A DNA stretch of 64,000 nt, taken from IMG/VR virus record IMGVR_UViG_3300042887_005324, positions 32,001-96,000 of that record; one strand, written 5' to 3'. A model generated the notes under the pieces. The model did no database searches and was not told where the DNA came from. It worked only from the letters and a program-made list of their open reading frames with translations. Of the stretch, positions 19,714-30,121 are shown piece after piece. The DNA is from a virus. A program made the translations under genes and the position numbers. The first letter of the stretch is position 1. Each line of letters opens with the position of its first letter.

Positions 19714-21657
19714 ATGGCTGGCATTTCTATAATAAGTAACTTTGATCTTAATCAATCTGTACCATTAGACTCAAGACAAGTTGTAAATGACACTTCGGCA
19801 AGACTGTCTATACAATATCCTTATGAAGGATTAAAAGTTTATCAACTCAGTAATCAACTTACTTATCTCTATGAGAATGGTACATGGAGTGTTGATCAAG
19901 GTGGTATCTTCGGTGGTAGTGGTAGTCTTATTGGTAATACAGAAATTAGTTATGGGAATATTGGTGTTACTGTATCTGAATCCTCATATACATTAAAACA
20001 TGTTGCTACATCCTCAGATACTAAACTTAGTTTGTCATCATATTACAATAGATTTGATTTCGGAACAACTGATATTGAATATGTGAATCAATTTAACTAT
20101 ACTGAAGACGGAGTTGAATACTCAGGACCTTACATTAAATTTAACTCGTTTGATACTAGTGGAAAAGGAAGTATAATATTTGGAGCAGGTGACTCACAGA
20201 CTAATACACTAAATGAAAGATTGAGAATATCATCTGATGGTAACATTGGTGTGTCATCGACAAATCCATATTCAATTTTTCAAATAAGTGATACAAATCC
20301 ATTATCTATATCAAAAGAGCTAACAAAAAATGTAATTTCGAGTAACTGGTATGGCAGTAGTGGAGTAGATTATGTTTTTGATCCATCTTTAGGTTCGAGT
20401 AAGATTGTAATGAACACTAACGGTGATATAGATATTTTCACAAGAGCTAATAGTGTAGTCGCAACTGCTTTTACACAGTCACTAAATATTTCGAAAAACT
20501 CAATTAGTTTTTTGGCAGATGTATCATCTAATGCTTGGTCTGGTGAAAATAAAGCTGTGACTTTGATAACACCTGAGAATTTGATCAACAATGTTGAACA
20601 CAGATACACAAAAATCCAAAATAATAATTGGGTATCTTTAGACTCATCATATATTGACACTACTAATAATTATTTGTTAATAAGTGATGCTGGTAATTCA
20701 TTTGATATTACAGTTGACCCGGGATATCTACTTACAGTCGGTACAATATCGACTGATGTATTCAGATATGCTACTGATATCAAAATTAGAAGAGGTATAA
20801 CACTTTATGATGTGCCAGATGGTACAGATATAAAGCTGAGAATTAAACACTCAACTTCACCTACACAATCACAATACAGATATTATTTGAAATTGAAGTC
20901 TGGATCATCTGATACTTCTACAAACATAGAGTCTGATTTTGATGAGTATAAAGTATTTGGTACAACATACTCACATAATCTATACATCGAGCATGTCCCA
21001 AATTCTACAACAAAGTACAATGGAGATATTATTAGCTTAACTAAATTTAACGGTGTTTGGCAAGTAACTAATGTTAATCGTGACAAGACCATAGTTGATT
21101 ATGTTACAAATTATAGTATTAATTATACCAACTCTTATACTAAGGCTAGTTGGGAAACTTCTTTCAATCCGAGTTTGACTGATAATATTTGGATAATTGA
21201 TCAAAGTACACCTAATTTGACAAACGGTGTTGGATCACAGAATCAAACATCTGCTACAAACTCAGTAACGATTACGGCAACCTCCTCTACGAGTAATAGT
21301 ATTAATTTAAATTTTAATGTTAGAAGTTACTCACCCGGAACTGCTTCCTTCAGAGCATTCATAAATTCAGCAGTTTCGTATGATAGACAATTTTATTTTT
21401 ATAACTTTGGTGCTAACGCTCTTGTACATGAAATTCGATGGTATTTGAAGTATCAAACTTCAAGCACTTGGGTTCAAATTGGTAGTCATAGAAATGGTTC
21501 AGCCGCTAATGGAAGTACAACTGTACCTTTTTACTCACAATCAGTATTTGTACCGGGTGGATACGATTTCAAGATCTTTATAAATGTTCCTTATGCTTTC
21601 GCAGCTTCTAATTCTAATCATAACATTAGTGTGAAAGTACTAGCTAGATTACATTAA
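19714..21657 (+). CDS. Putative tail fibre/virion protein
   Basis: PLDSRQV...YEGLKVY N-terminal module; ERLRISSDGNIGV fibre-type motif. Confidence 0.65.
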   Translation: MAGISIISNFDLNQSVPLDSRQVVNDTSARLSIQYPYEGLKVYQLSNQLTYLYENGTWSVDQGGIFGGSGSLIGNTEISYGNIGVTVSESSYTLKHVATSSDTKLSLSSYYNRFDFGTTDIEYVNQFNYTEDGVEYSGPYIKFNSFDTSGKGSIIFGAGDSQTNTLNERLRISSDGNIGVSSTNPYSIFQISDTNPLSISKELTKNVISSNWYGSSGVDYVFDPSLGSSKIVMNTNGDIDIFTRANSVVATAFTQSLNISKNSISFLADVSSNAWSGENKAVTLITPENLINNVEHRYTKIQNNNWVSLDSSYIDTTNNYLLISDAGNSFDITVDPGYLLTVGTISTDVFRYATDIKIRRGITLYDVPDGTDIKLRIKHSTSPTQSQYRYYLKLKSGSSDTSTNIESDFDEYKVFGTTYSHNLYIEHVPNSTTKYNGDIISLTKFNGVWQVTNVNRDKTIVDYVTNYSINYTNSYTKASWETSFNPSLTDNIWIIDQSTPNLTNGVGSQNQTSATNSVTITATSSTSNSINLNFNVRSYSPGTASFRAFINSAVSYDRQFYFYNFGANALVHEIRWYLKYQTSSTWVQIGSHRNGSAANGSTTVPFYSQSVFVPGGYDFKIFINVPYAFAASNSNHNISVKVLARLH

Positions 21658-22331
21658 TTGATCTTCTCAAACCAATAATTGAAGTAAATAAAGTTATTGT
21701 TTACTAGGTTGAAATATTCGTTTTTGAATTTGATTACAATTTTGTTATCGTAGGCTCTTACTAATTCAACCTCTGAATCTTTTTCTAATCTTAATGCTCT
21801 GCCAGTTTCAGTTGAATAACAGTTGACATAATCATTGACTAGTTTATATTTACCTTCTTCTGGTAAAAGCCAAGATTTTATTGTCTTGATTATAAGACCT
21901 TTTGTTCTGATTATCCATTCTTTGCTTTGTACTAAATCAAAGTCTTTGAAAACTTCTGATTTGAAAATTGGATTTCTATCTAATATATTTTGAATTACTC
22001 CAAAATATTCTTCGTCATCAATTTTGAAACTTATAAAAACATCAAAATTAATATTATTTGCATTTACTATTCTTAATATTTTAAGTGATTGTAATTTTTG
22101 ATCTTCTAATGACAATTTAGATTTTAGAGTTCTAAAGGATGAACTATTTGAAAGAGAATGTAGAATATTATTGATTCTAGACATACCAGCTCTTATTCCA
22201 TCTTCGTGCTTATCAAACGCATTTACTGATAATTGTGGGTTATCAACATGTACCGCCATTTGTGCTGAATCTGGATTCAATCTTTGTGCGTTGAACTCAG
22301 TAAACTCTAAAATTAATTTATTATGTTTCAT
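21654..22331 (-). CDS. Hypothetical protein, CTS-like N-terminus
   Basis: MKHNKLILEFTEFN; bidirectional late motif at 22334-22347. Confidence 0.75.
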   Translation of the reverse strand: MKHNKLILEFTEFNAQRLNPDSAQMAVHVDNPQLSVNAFDKHEDGIRAGMSRINNILHSLSNSSSFRTLKSKLSLEDQKLQSLKILRIVNANNINFDVFISFKIDDEEYFGVIQNILDRNPIFKSEVFKDFDLVQSKEWIIRTKGLIIKTIKSWLLPEEGKYKLVNDYVNCYSTETGRALRLEKDSEVELVRAYDNKIVIKFKNEYFNLVNNNFIYFNYWFEKIN

Positions 22332-22363
22332 TATTAATATATATTAAAAAATAAATCTTGAAT

Positions 22364-22672
22364 ATGAAGATTCGTAAGTTCTATGAAGCAGAAGAAACAG
22401 TTGATATATCAAATGAAAGAGTAAAAGAGTTGATTGATCAATTATCTGGTATAAATACTCTCATAGATTCAAAGAAAACAGAATTAATGTCAATATTGAG
22501 CGAATTGTCAAATTTCAGAAGTAAATCAACTAAATCAAATGATCAAATTGATGACTCGGTATCTAATTTAGAAACTATAGAAACTAAAATTTCTGATATA
22601 TCTACATCTTTAGACACAGTGGTAAACAATCTAAAAGACTATAACGATTCTGGTAGAAAATATCTTTATTAA
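22364..22672 (+). CDS. Hypothetical coiled-coil protein, CTS-like N-terminus
   Basis: MKIRKFYEAEE; heptad-like pattern; ATG two codons after the track's TTG. Confidence 0.7.
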   Translation: MKIRKFYEAEETVDISNERVKELIDQLSGINTLIDSKKTELMSILSELSNFRSKSTKSNDQIDDSVSNLETIETKISDISTSLDTVVNNLKDYNDSGRKYLY

Positions 22673-22701
22673 TCTTTTTCATAATCTCGTATATAACTAA
22701 A

Positions 22702-23115
22702 ATGAAAAAGGAAAGAGATGAGTATAAGTATATTGTTTATTTTTATTCAGAGCCTAACTTTATGGTATTAGAAAATGAATCAATTATAGATATTTCACTT
22801 CATGAAGATCTTAAAAGGGTAGATATTAATTATTCTGATTATTTTTTTGATTTTAACTTAAAAAACTGCAAAGATTCAGAATTTACAGTCGTTACTCAAT
22901 GTTATAACAGAGTTGGTCAATTTTTAGAACAACTTGAGATTAGTGGCGATACTATATCATTTGATAATAATATTCTCACTCTTAATTATGAACAATTGAC
23001 TTCAAATAAAGCTTGGGCTTCAATAAATCAACTCTGGGAAAAAGCATCTGATGTCTACAATAGAGAAAGAATTTCTTACTATAGGCAAAGTAAAATTGAA
23101 AGAATTTTAAAATAA
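22702..23115 (+). CDS. Hypothetical protein
   Basis: 137-aa ORF ending RQSKIERILK; terminator at 23115-23139. Confidence 0.7.
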   Translation: MKKERDEYKYIVYFYSEPNFMVLENESIIDISLHEDLKRVDINYSDYFFDFNLKNCKDSEFTVVTQCYNRVGQFLEQLEISGDTISFDNNILTLNYEQLTSNKAWASINQLWEKASDVYNRERISYYRQSKIERILK

Positions 23116-23158
23116 AAAAATCCACATTAAGTGGATTTTCAGTTTTTTAGAATTAGTA

Positions 23159-23656
23159 TTATTTATTATAAGTTAATTTATAAATTGTTTTATACATTAA
23201 AGCAATAACTTCATCAATAATATTATGCATATGTGTATCTTCAGCCTTAATACACTTTCTTTCCGTCTTAGTAAATTCAACTACTTCTTTGAAGTAATCT
23301 AATTTATCTTTTGATTTAGAATCAGCTGTATCTATTACATCATATTCTTCGATTAATTCATACTGACCTTGATAGATTTCAACGATGTCATCAATAAATT
23401 CAATAACTTCATTATAATAAGTTTCTAAAGCTAAATGTGCAGCGTGAGAACCCATATCTCCTTTAACAGTCCAGTGATAAACTTGAGCCATTTCTCTACT
23501 TTCTAATAACTTAGAAATAAATTTAGCTACATCAGATTTAGTAGATTCAACTTTTGTTTCTGTATTTGTATCTGGTGTTTCTGTTTTTTGTGAATCAAGA
23601 GTAACTTCTTGCTCGTTTATTCTTCTAACAGGTTTGAAGTCTGAAAACTTTTTCAT
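23159..23656 (-). CDS. Ferritin/Dps-like four-helix-bundle protein
   Basis: QVYHWTVKG...AAHLALETYY...IDDIVEIYQG...NIIDE...YKL. Confidence 0.7.
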   Translation of the reverse strand: MKKFSDFKPVRRINEQEVTLDSQKTETPDTNTETKVESTKSDVAKFISKLLESREMAQVYHWTVKGDMGSHAAHLALETYYNEVIEFIDDIVEIYQGQYELIEEYDVIDTADSKSKDKLDYFKEVVEFTKTERKCIKAEDTHMHNIIDEVIALMYKTIYKLTYNK

Positions 23657-23664
23657 AAATAAAT

Positions 23665-23895
23665 TTATTTTTTATTAGATTCGTTCAACATTATTTTGTT
23701 GTATTCATCTTTTGTAATTTCTACAATATCGGAAATTCGAAATTCGGATTGGCTTTTAATAGAACCTAATTCAGAATCAGCTAAATAACCAGCTTCTCCT
23801 TCATTTCCTGCTTTTAGAACTAATTCTACTTCAGATTGAATCTTATAATATTTTTCTGATTCAACATTTTCAACAATTTTAGTAAATCTTTTCAT
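23665..23895 (-). CDS. Small hypothetical protein, CTS-like N-terminus
   Basis: MKRFTKIVEN; late motif at 23901-23910. Confidence 0.7.
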   Translation of the reverse strand: MKRFTKIVENVESEKYYKIQSEVELVLKAGNEGEAGYLADSELGSIKSQSEFRISDIVEITKDEYNKIMLNESNKK

Positions 23896-23941
23896 AGAAA
23901 TATATATTAAAAATAATTTTTACTTTTTTATATATACAGTG

Positions 23942-25030
23942 ATGAAAGAACTTTCTTTAATTAGCGAAGCATTAGGTGTTGCTAAGTCAACAACATTCTA
24001 TACAAAAAGGCTTACTAAAATGGTAATCGACGAATTCTATGATTTTGTTGATGATGCAAAGACACTTGGTAAAGGAGCAAGTGAGCCATATGTTGGTGAT
24101 AAAGCTTTAAGTTATTACCAAATTAAAAATTTAATACCATCAACAGATAGAGATGTTTATCTAGACTTTCCGGTAAGTGAAATTCTAGTATCAGTCATCA
24201 TTGAAAAGAAAGATAGAGAAGAAATGCTTGACTCAGATGGATTTGAAGTACCATATTTAATTGGTGGTTATGCTTCACCTTTTGCAAAAGGTAGAGAAAA
24301 ATATGCAACACGATTCAAACCATCAATAAGACAAAAAGTAGACCATAGCTTATCAATTCATTTGACTATAGAAATAAACTACGGTAATAAATTTAGAAAG
24401 ATATCAACATCTCACCCACAATTTGAGAACACACATTTATTTAAAAAAGTAGAAAGTGTTATTTTACACGAACTAAATCATTTATATGAATTCTATAAAA
24501 GGAGACTATCTGGATCATCATCAATAGGTACTTCACTTACCTGGGCTTCTATAGGTGAGGATATTTATAAAGACTTACCAAAAGATGTTATCAAATACTG
24601 GCAAGATGAGTTTACAACATATATTTATGCTGCTGAAAAACATGAGTTGAATGCTCAAGTTCAAGAGATGAAAGCTTACTCAGATAAGATGAATTTCGAT
24701 AAATTCAGAAGATTATTTCAGTACAAACAAGCGAAAGACATGCAGTCTTGGAATTATGAAGAATTCTTAAATGAAATGACTAATAGACTTGATAAACATA
24801 AATTAACTATCTCAATTGTTGATATTATGAAAGAACAGTTTATTCTTGAATATGAGAAAAATCTAAAAGAATTAGATGAAATACCAAAAATTGATCCAGT
24901 AAAACTAAGAAAAATGTCTACTGAAAAGTTTTTCAAATTCTTTGAAAAAATAATCAAAGAGGCTGGAGAAACTCTTATTAGAGGATACTGTAGATTATAC
25001 GCATTAAAAGAAATAAAAAAAGAGTACTAA
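23942..25030 (+). CDS. Putative zinc-dependent metalloprotease-like protein (HExxH)
   Basis: VILHELNHLYE with a downstream HELNAQ glutamate. Confidence 0.5.
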   Translation: MKELSLISEALGVAKSTTFYTKRLTKMVIDEFYDFVDDAKTLGKGASEPYVGDKALSYYQIKNLIPSTDRDVYLDFPVSEILVSVIIEKKDREEMLDSDGFEVPYLIGGYASPFAKGREKYATRFKPSIRQKVDHSLSIHLTIEINYGNKFRKISTSHPQFENTHLFKKVESVILHELNHLYEFYKRRLSGSSSIGTSLTWASIGEDIYKDLPKDVIKYWQDEFTTYIYAAEKHELNAQVQEMKAYSDKMNFDKFRRLFQYKQAKDMQSWNYEEFLNEMTNRLDKHKLTISIVDIMKEQFILEYEKNLKELDEIPKIDPVKLRKMSTEKFFKFFEKIIKEAGETLIRGYCRLYALKEIKKEY

Positions 25031-25045
25031 AAAGTACTCTTTTTT
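25016..25045. terminator. Bidirectional intrinsic terminator
   Basis: AAAAAAGAGTACT-aaaa-AGTACTCTTTTTT. Confidence 0.8.
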
Positions 25046-25090
25046 ATTAGAAGGGATATTTGTTTATGTCAAAACCGTAAGGTACCCTTC

Positions 25091-25816
25091 TTAAAATTTC
25101 TTTAGAACTTCTCGATTATAGTAATCTTCGAATCCTTCAAGTTGTTTATCAATACTGTCAGACTTATCTAAACCAATAATCTCATCAATCAATCCAAATT
25201 CTAAAGCTTCATGTGAATTAAACCATTTATCTCTTCTTGAAGAATCTAACATTTCTTCAAATGTTTTTCCACAATTCTTTGCGAGAAGTTTGAAAAGAAT
25301 GTAGTTGTACTTTTCAGCTTCGATTTGATTAATTCTCGTATCTTCGATTACACCGCTAGTTCCGTGACTTACTTGGTGAGTCATAACTTTAGAGTAAATC
25401 AAAGAAGAACGCTTTCCTTTTGTTCCTGAAGAAAGTAAAACTGAACCCATACTTGCACACATTCCTAAATTGACAGTTGCTACATCAGATGAAATATAGT
25501 TCATCAAATCGACAATACCTAGTCCACACATAACTGATCCACCTGGTGAATTGATATAAAGAGTAATATCTTTCTTTTCTACTGAATCTAAAAATAACAA
25601 CTGTGCTTGAACAATATCTGACATGTGTTGATCTACTGGACCAGAAAGCCAAATGATTCGTTCTCTCATTAATCTTGAGAATACATCAATCTGTGTCATA
25701 TTCAGTTGTCTTTCCTCTAAGATGTATGGGGTTAGACCATTTTCAAATTGATCAAGAGAAGTTGAAGATATTCCTTGACTTTTTGCAAATTTTTTAAATT
25801 CTTTTCCTAAGTTCAT
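25091..25816 (-). CDS. clpP: ATP-dependent Clp protease proteolytic subunit
   Basis: DVFSRLMRERII, YINSPGGSV, GMCASMGS (catalytic Ser), MTHQ, RDKWF...EALEFGLID. Confidence 0.95.
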   Translation of the reverse strand: MNLGKEFKKFAKSQGISSTSLDQFENGLTPYILEERQLNMTQIDVFSRLMRERIIWLSGPVDQHMSDIVQAQLLFLDSVEKKDITLYINSPGGSVMCGLGIVDLMNYISSDVATVNLGMCASMGSVLLSSGTKGKRSSLIYSKVMTHQVSHGTSGVIEDTRINQIEAEKYNYILFKLLAKNCGKTFEEMLDSSRRDKWFNSHEALEFGLIDEIIGLDKSDSIDKQLEGFEDYYNREVLKKF

Positions 25817-25862
25817 AATTTTAATATTTAAGTAATTGTTGTATAAAAAAAAGTTATAAAGT

Positions 25863-26348
25863 TTACTTTACATAAGATAACCACTTATTGATTTGATGTT
25901 CAGTCATTTCAACGATTTGTTGTTTTGTGAATCCAAGTTGTATCATCATACCAAAGATCATGATCATAACATCACAAGATTCTAATAGAGCTTTCTGAAT
26001 AACTTCTTTTTCAGAGTCATTAGTGAATTTATATCCAGACATTTTAAGTATCTCAGCAGAAAGTTCACCAACTTCTTCTGTTAATTTCAAACATTTTTCT
26101 GGGAGTGTTACTCTTTTTTCTAACTCACATGCATTTTTTACTAAATTGTATAGATAATCAAATGAGTAGTCGGCTTCTTGTGGTAATTCTATAGGATAAT
26201 TCTTTCTTTCATAATCATCAATCAATATAGAAAGTATTTCAGCTTTGTCACCATCTTTTGAACCTAATTCAGCATGAAAAATTGATTCAAGTTCATGAAG
26301 AGCAGTTTGATAATCGTCTTCATTTCTTATAGGTTTTAAATTCATCAT
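25863..26348 (-). CDS. HigA-antitoxin-like N-terminal domain fused to a MazG-like NTP pyrophosphohydrolase
   Basis: MMNLKPIRNEDDYQTAL...EILSILIDDYERKNYPIELP, then KLTEEVGELS...ESCDV. Start moved to ATG 26348, right after TATATTTGCA. Confidence 0.7.
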   Translation of the reverse strand: MMNLKPIRNEDDYQTALHELESIFHAELGSKDGDKAEILSILIDDYERKNYPIELPQEADYSFDYLYNLVKNACELEKRVTLPEKCLKLTEEVGELSAEILKMSGYKFTNDSEKEVIQKALLESCDVMIMIFGMMIQLGFTKQQIVEMTEHQINKWLSYVK

Positions 26349-26350
26349 AT

Positions 26351-26360
26351 TGCAAATATA
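26351..26360 (-). promoter_or_regulatory. Bacteroidota-type housekeeping-sigma -7 element (TAnnTTTG)
   Basis: TATATTTGCA on the minus strand with TTG upstream; the same element occurs at 60412-60421 and 61481-61490. Confidence 0.6.
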
Positions 26361-26410
26361 TGGAAATTGAGTTAAACAAATTAATATATACAGAAAAACA
26401 TACCTTTTAT

Positions 26411-26659
26411 ATGAAATTTGTAAAAAAGTTTGATTCATTTATAAAAGAATCCACTGAGACGAAAGAAAGTCCAGTAATTACTCCACCATTAACTGAACCA
26501 AAAAGACCAGTTGCGCCAGATAAAGAAAAGATTGAAAGACCAAGTGTAGATCCTGATCCAAAAGCAGAAAAAAAGGTTGATGAATTAGATGTTGTTAAGA
26601 GATTTATTGCTGAGGTAAATGCAAAAGGTGAATCAGTAAAAAAATATTTAAATAAATAA
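26411..26659 (+). CDS. Small Pro/Glu-rich protein, CTS-like N-terminus
   Basis: MKFVKKFDSFIKES; late motif at 26381-26390. Confidence 0.7.
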   Translation: MKFVKKFDSFIKESTETKESPVITPPLTEPKRPVAPDKEKIERPSVDPDPKAEKKVDELDVVKRFIAEVNAKGESVKKYLNK

Positions 26660-26660
26660 T

Positions 26661-28199
26661 ATGTCCATTAAAGATTTTGATAAATTCTTTGAAGAAGCTA
26701 CAGTAAAAGGTAATCCTGCTTTTCCGGGTGAAGGTGGTAAAAAAGAAGGAGAAAGTCAATATCTTTCGGATATTGAAAAAAGAGCTAAAGAAAGACTTGG
26801 TGTTAGACCTAGTGACATACGAACAGGTATGATGCCTACTCAGAAAGAAATGAGTTTAGGTAATAGACTTGGTAGTTTACTAGAAGAGTCATTAAAATAC
26901 ACTGAAGGAAAAGAAAAAGAATTATCAGATTTAGCAAATGTAGCTTTCATGAGTATCTATCAAGAACTAATCAACAGATATGATGTTGAAGTAGATATTA
27001 AGCTTGTTAAACCTGGTAAAGTAAAACAATTTATGGATGAGTGTGAAGATTGTCAAGATACACCACCTGCAAAATTTGCTAAGGTTGTTGAACAGGACAT
27101 TATTGATGAAGTACATAAAAGAAAATTTGCTAACCTAATTATTCAAGGTGAGGCAAAAAATACTAAGCACATACTACACAGTGATGAAGTAAAAGAAGGC
27201 TTAGAAAATATTTATGGAAAAGAAGATGCTGAAAAGATTTTCAAAATTTGGGATGAAATGACAAAAACTGCTGATCAATTAGATTGGGTTATGCCACCAC
27301 AAGTCAGAGCAGATATGATGAAAAAAATGCCAGACGGTTTAGCTGGTGCTTGTTTTGTTGACTGGAAAAAGAAAGAAAAGACAGAAGAAGAAAAAGTTGA
27401 AGAACCAGAACAAGAATATCAAGAATGGACTGGAGAAGAAGACGAAGAGTCTATGTATTCTGATATGCCAGAAGATGAACCAATGGAGGTGATAGAAAGT
27501 ACGCCAGTACTTAAAGCAAGAGGAATAGATTTTCCTATGTTGTTACATGAGTCTGTTAAAGGATTATTTGAGATTTTGTCTTTAGGTGGTATACCAGAAG
27601 ATAAAGAAATTGCTGATGTGGTTTTATCAAATACCGGTATTTCAGATGAACCTGAAGATTGGGCATATGGACCAGAAATCGCAGCTGATTTAAGAGACTT
27701 TGTTAATAAATCAACAAGAATTGATGACTTTCCTAATGTTAGAGAAGAACTATTCAAATTAATGATTGATAAAAAAACAATGCCAACTAGTGAATTCTTA
27801 GAACTTATGAGAGGTATTTTATCAAATACAAGTGAAGCTAGACTTAAAGTTGATAGTTTGGTATCAAAGATTTGTGATAAGCTAAGATCTAAAGAAGAAC
27901 AAAAAATTGCTTATCAGAAAGAATTAGAAGAATATGAGAGAAGAAAGAAAGAATGGGATGAATATCAAAAAAGAATGAGTGGTATTCAAATGTCGGAAGA
28001 AGAAGTTGAAAAAGAAGAAGAGATTGATTACTCAACATATTCAGAGAAAGAAATCATGGATGAGATTGATTCAGCTCTTGATTCTGGTGATTATTCAAGG
28101 GTAGAAATGTTATCAAAGTATCTAAAAAATGAGAGTTTGAACATAGTACTTAGAGAACTAAAGTTGATCAAAGAATCTGTAAATTTACATACAAAATAA
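26661..28199 (+). CDS. Hypothetical protein with C-terminal IDEAL-like motif
   Basis: MSIKDFDKFFEEA; FPMLLHESVKG; EIDSALDSGDYSRVEMLS. Confidence 0.7.
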   Translation: MSIKDFDKFFEEATVKGNPAFPGEGGKKEGESQYLSDIEKRAKERLGVRPSDIRTGMMPTQKEMSLGNRLGSLLEESLKYTEGKEKELSDLANVAFMSIYQELINRYDVEVDIKLVKPGKVKQFMDECEDCQDTPPAKFAKVVEQDIIDEVHKRKFANLIIQGEAKNTKHILHSDEVKEGLENIYGKEDAEKIFKIWDEMTKTADQLDWVMPPQVRADMMKKMPDGLAGACFVDWKKKEKTEEEKVEEPEQEYQEWTGEEDEESMYSDMPEDEPMEVIESTPVLKARGIDFPMLLHESVKGLFEILSLGGIPEDKEIADVVLSNTGISDEPEDWAYGPEIAADLRDFVNKSTRIDDFPNVREELFKLMIDKKTMPTSEFLELMRGILSNTSEARLKVDSLVSKICDKLRSKEEQKIAYQKELEEYERRKKEWDEYQKRMSGIQMSEEEVEKEEEIDYSTYSEKEIMDEIDSALDSGDYSRVEMLSKYLKNESLNIVLRELKLIKESVNLHTK

Positions 28200-28209
28200 A
28201 TATTACCAA

Positions 28210-30012
28210 ATGATATCAAATTATATTGACTTTAAATTAAATTTGAATGAAAATATTCAACAAGCTAAGACATTTCTAAAAAATAAAGCTTTAAGAGATA
28301 AAAAGGCTAAGATGGCTGAAGAAGGCGTTGATGTTGAGAAAGAAAAAGTTGGCTTAACACCGAACGAAGTTAGAGATGCTGAAAATGATCCTTATTTTTT
28401 AGAAATAAAGAAAATTTTAGGAGATGCTAGTAACTACGCATATGTTTTTACTAAGTTCTTTTTTGAAGATTTATCAGAACTCGAACCAGATCAAAGAATC
28501 ACAGACCTAAAGAATTTATTTAACACTCTAAGAGAACTTAGACAATCATTATCTTTGTTACCAATGCCTGTTGATAGATATTGTTCAGCTGCTGCTAATG
28601 AAGAAGAAAAGAAAATTGCTCAAGAAGAAAACAGACAGTATCGTAGTCCTTATGAAAGACTTGTAGACGATTTGGAAAAATTGAAAGGTAGTAGACTAAC
28701 TAATAAGTGGATTAGTCAGTTACTCTCTTGGCAAAAATCTTGGTTTGATAAGTTAACACCAGTAATGAAAGAAAAAATTGATGGTATAGCCTCAGCTTTT
28801 GATGAATTTGGCAAAGATTTAGATGGTAGCAAAGATGTTAAGAAAAACAAAGATCTTCAAGATTTGTTCTTCTTGAAAGTAAAGAAATATAAAACATTAG
28901 GTGAACTAGTCTCAGGAGCTGAAAATTATATTAAATCAGCATCTAATGCTAGTGCATCTAAATTTCTTCAAGCACTTTCAAAGGTAAATCAAAGGTATGG
29001 TGAAATTAATGGTGCAGAAGAAGTCTACAATCAAGATAATATCTTAATATTAGAGGTTAGATCATTTGTAGCAAACAGGGACTTAAATTCGAATACATCA
29101 CACTGTATTGCTGGTTCTCAGGGATCTTGGGATCACTATGTAGGTGATAATAAGTTTACAAAACAATATTATATCTATAACTTTAATTTACCACCATCTG
29201 ATGTTAAATCAGTAATTGGTATTACAATTGGTGAAGGTGGTAGAGTAACAGCTTGTCATACAAAAAATGATGGTGGATTTTCAAGTAATATCGAATCTTA
29301 CATGAAAGGTCTTGGTATACCTATGTCAGTATTGGCACCAATGACTAAAGAAGAAATTGAGAAGAAGAAGAAAAGAATGATTGCTAATCAAGAAATTGTT
29401 AAGCCTAAGTTAAGTTTAGAAGAAGTTAAGAAATATTTTGAAGAAGGAGCTGATCCAAATGCTAAAGGTGGTCTTCCACTTCAAAATGCAGTTAAAGAAG
29501 ATGATTATGAGAGAACAAAATATTTATTAGAAATAGGTGCTTATCCGAATGTCGGAAATGCTATCAAGTATGCAAAAAATCTTAATATGATAAAATTATT
29601 AGTTGATTTTGGTTCTCAAATAAATAATGAAGTATTTAATAGTATTATGACCGATTATGACGCAGTTGAATATGTTCTGAAAGCGGGTGTTGATCCTAAC
29701 TTTGAAAAGGGTTATCCAATCAGAACAGCTGCTAAACTAGGTGATACTAATATGATTAACTTACTTATTAAGTATGGTGCAGACATTAAAGAAAGAAGAT
29801 ATATGGTAGTTAAATGGGCTGTTGAGCACGGTAAGCTTGATGTGATAAAATTCTTATTTGAAAAAATGAGACAATTAGATGACCCAGCAGTTAAAGATCC
29901 ATCTACTAAAGATAAGTTCTTAAACGATTGGATCCATTGGTGTCAGACATCAGATAAAATAAATGATAATCAGAAAAAAGATACAGTTGAACTATTAAGT
30001 TCATACAAGTAA
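28210..30012 (+). CDS. Ankyrin-repeat protein
   Basis: GADPNAKGGLPLQNAV, GVDPNFEKGYPIRTAA, GADIKE...WAVEHGKLDVIKFL. Confidence 0.8.
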   Translation: MISNYIDFKLNLNENIQQAKTFLKNKALRDKKAKMAEEGVDVEKEKVGLTPNEVRDAENDPYFLEIKKILGDASNYAYVFTKFFFEDLSELEPDQRITDLKNLFNTLRELRQSLSLLPMPVDRYCSAAANEEEKKIAQEENRQYRSPYERLVDDLEKLKGSRLTNKWISQLLSWQKSWFDKLTPVMKEKIDGIASAFDEFGKDLDGSKDVKKNKDLQDLFFLKVKKYKTLGELVSGAENYIKSASNASASKFLQALSKVNQRYGEINGAEEVYNQDNILILEVRSFVANRDLNSNTSHCIAGSQGSWDHYVGDNKFTKQYYIYNFNLPPSDVKSVIGITIGEGGRVTACHTKNDGGFSSNIESYMKGLGIPMSVLAPMTKEEIEKKKKRMIANQEIVKPKLSLEEVKKYFEEGADPNAKGGLPLQNAVKEDDYERTKYLLEIGAYPNVGNAIKYAKNLNMIKLLVDFGSQINNEVFNSIMTDYDAVEYVLKAGVDPNFEKGYPIRTAAKLGDTNMINLLIKYGADIKERRYMVVKWAVEHGKLDVIKFLFEKMRQLDDPAVKDPSTKDKFLNDWIHWCQTSDKINDNQKKDTVELLSSYK

Positions 30013-30039
30013 CCCCTCTAAAAATAGTATTTTTAGACC

Positions 30040-30073
30040 GACACTCTCAAGAAATTGAGAGTGTTTCTTTTTT
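30040..30073 (+). terminator. Intrinsic terminator
   Basis: ACACTCTCAA-gaaa-TTGAGAGTGT followed by a U-rich tract. Confidence 0.75.
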
Positions 30074-30121
30074 AAAGAATATTCAATTTATTAATGTAAA
30101 TGAGAAAGAGTAATGTAGATT

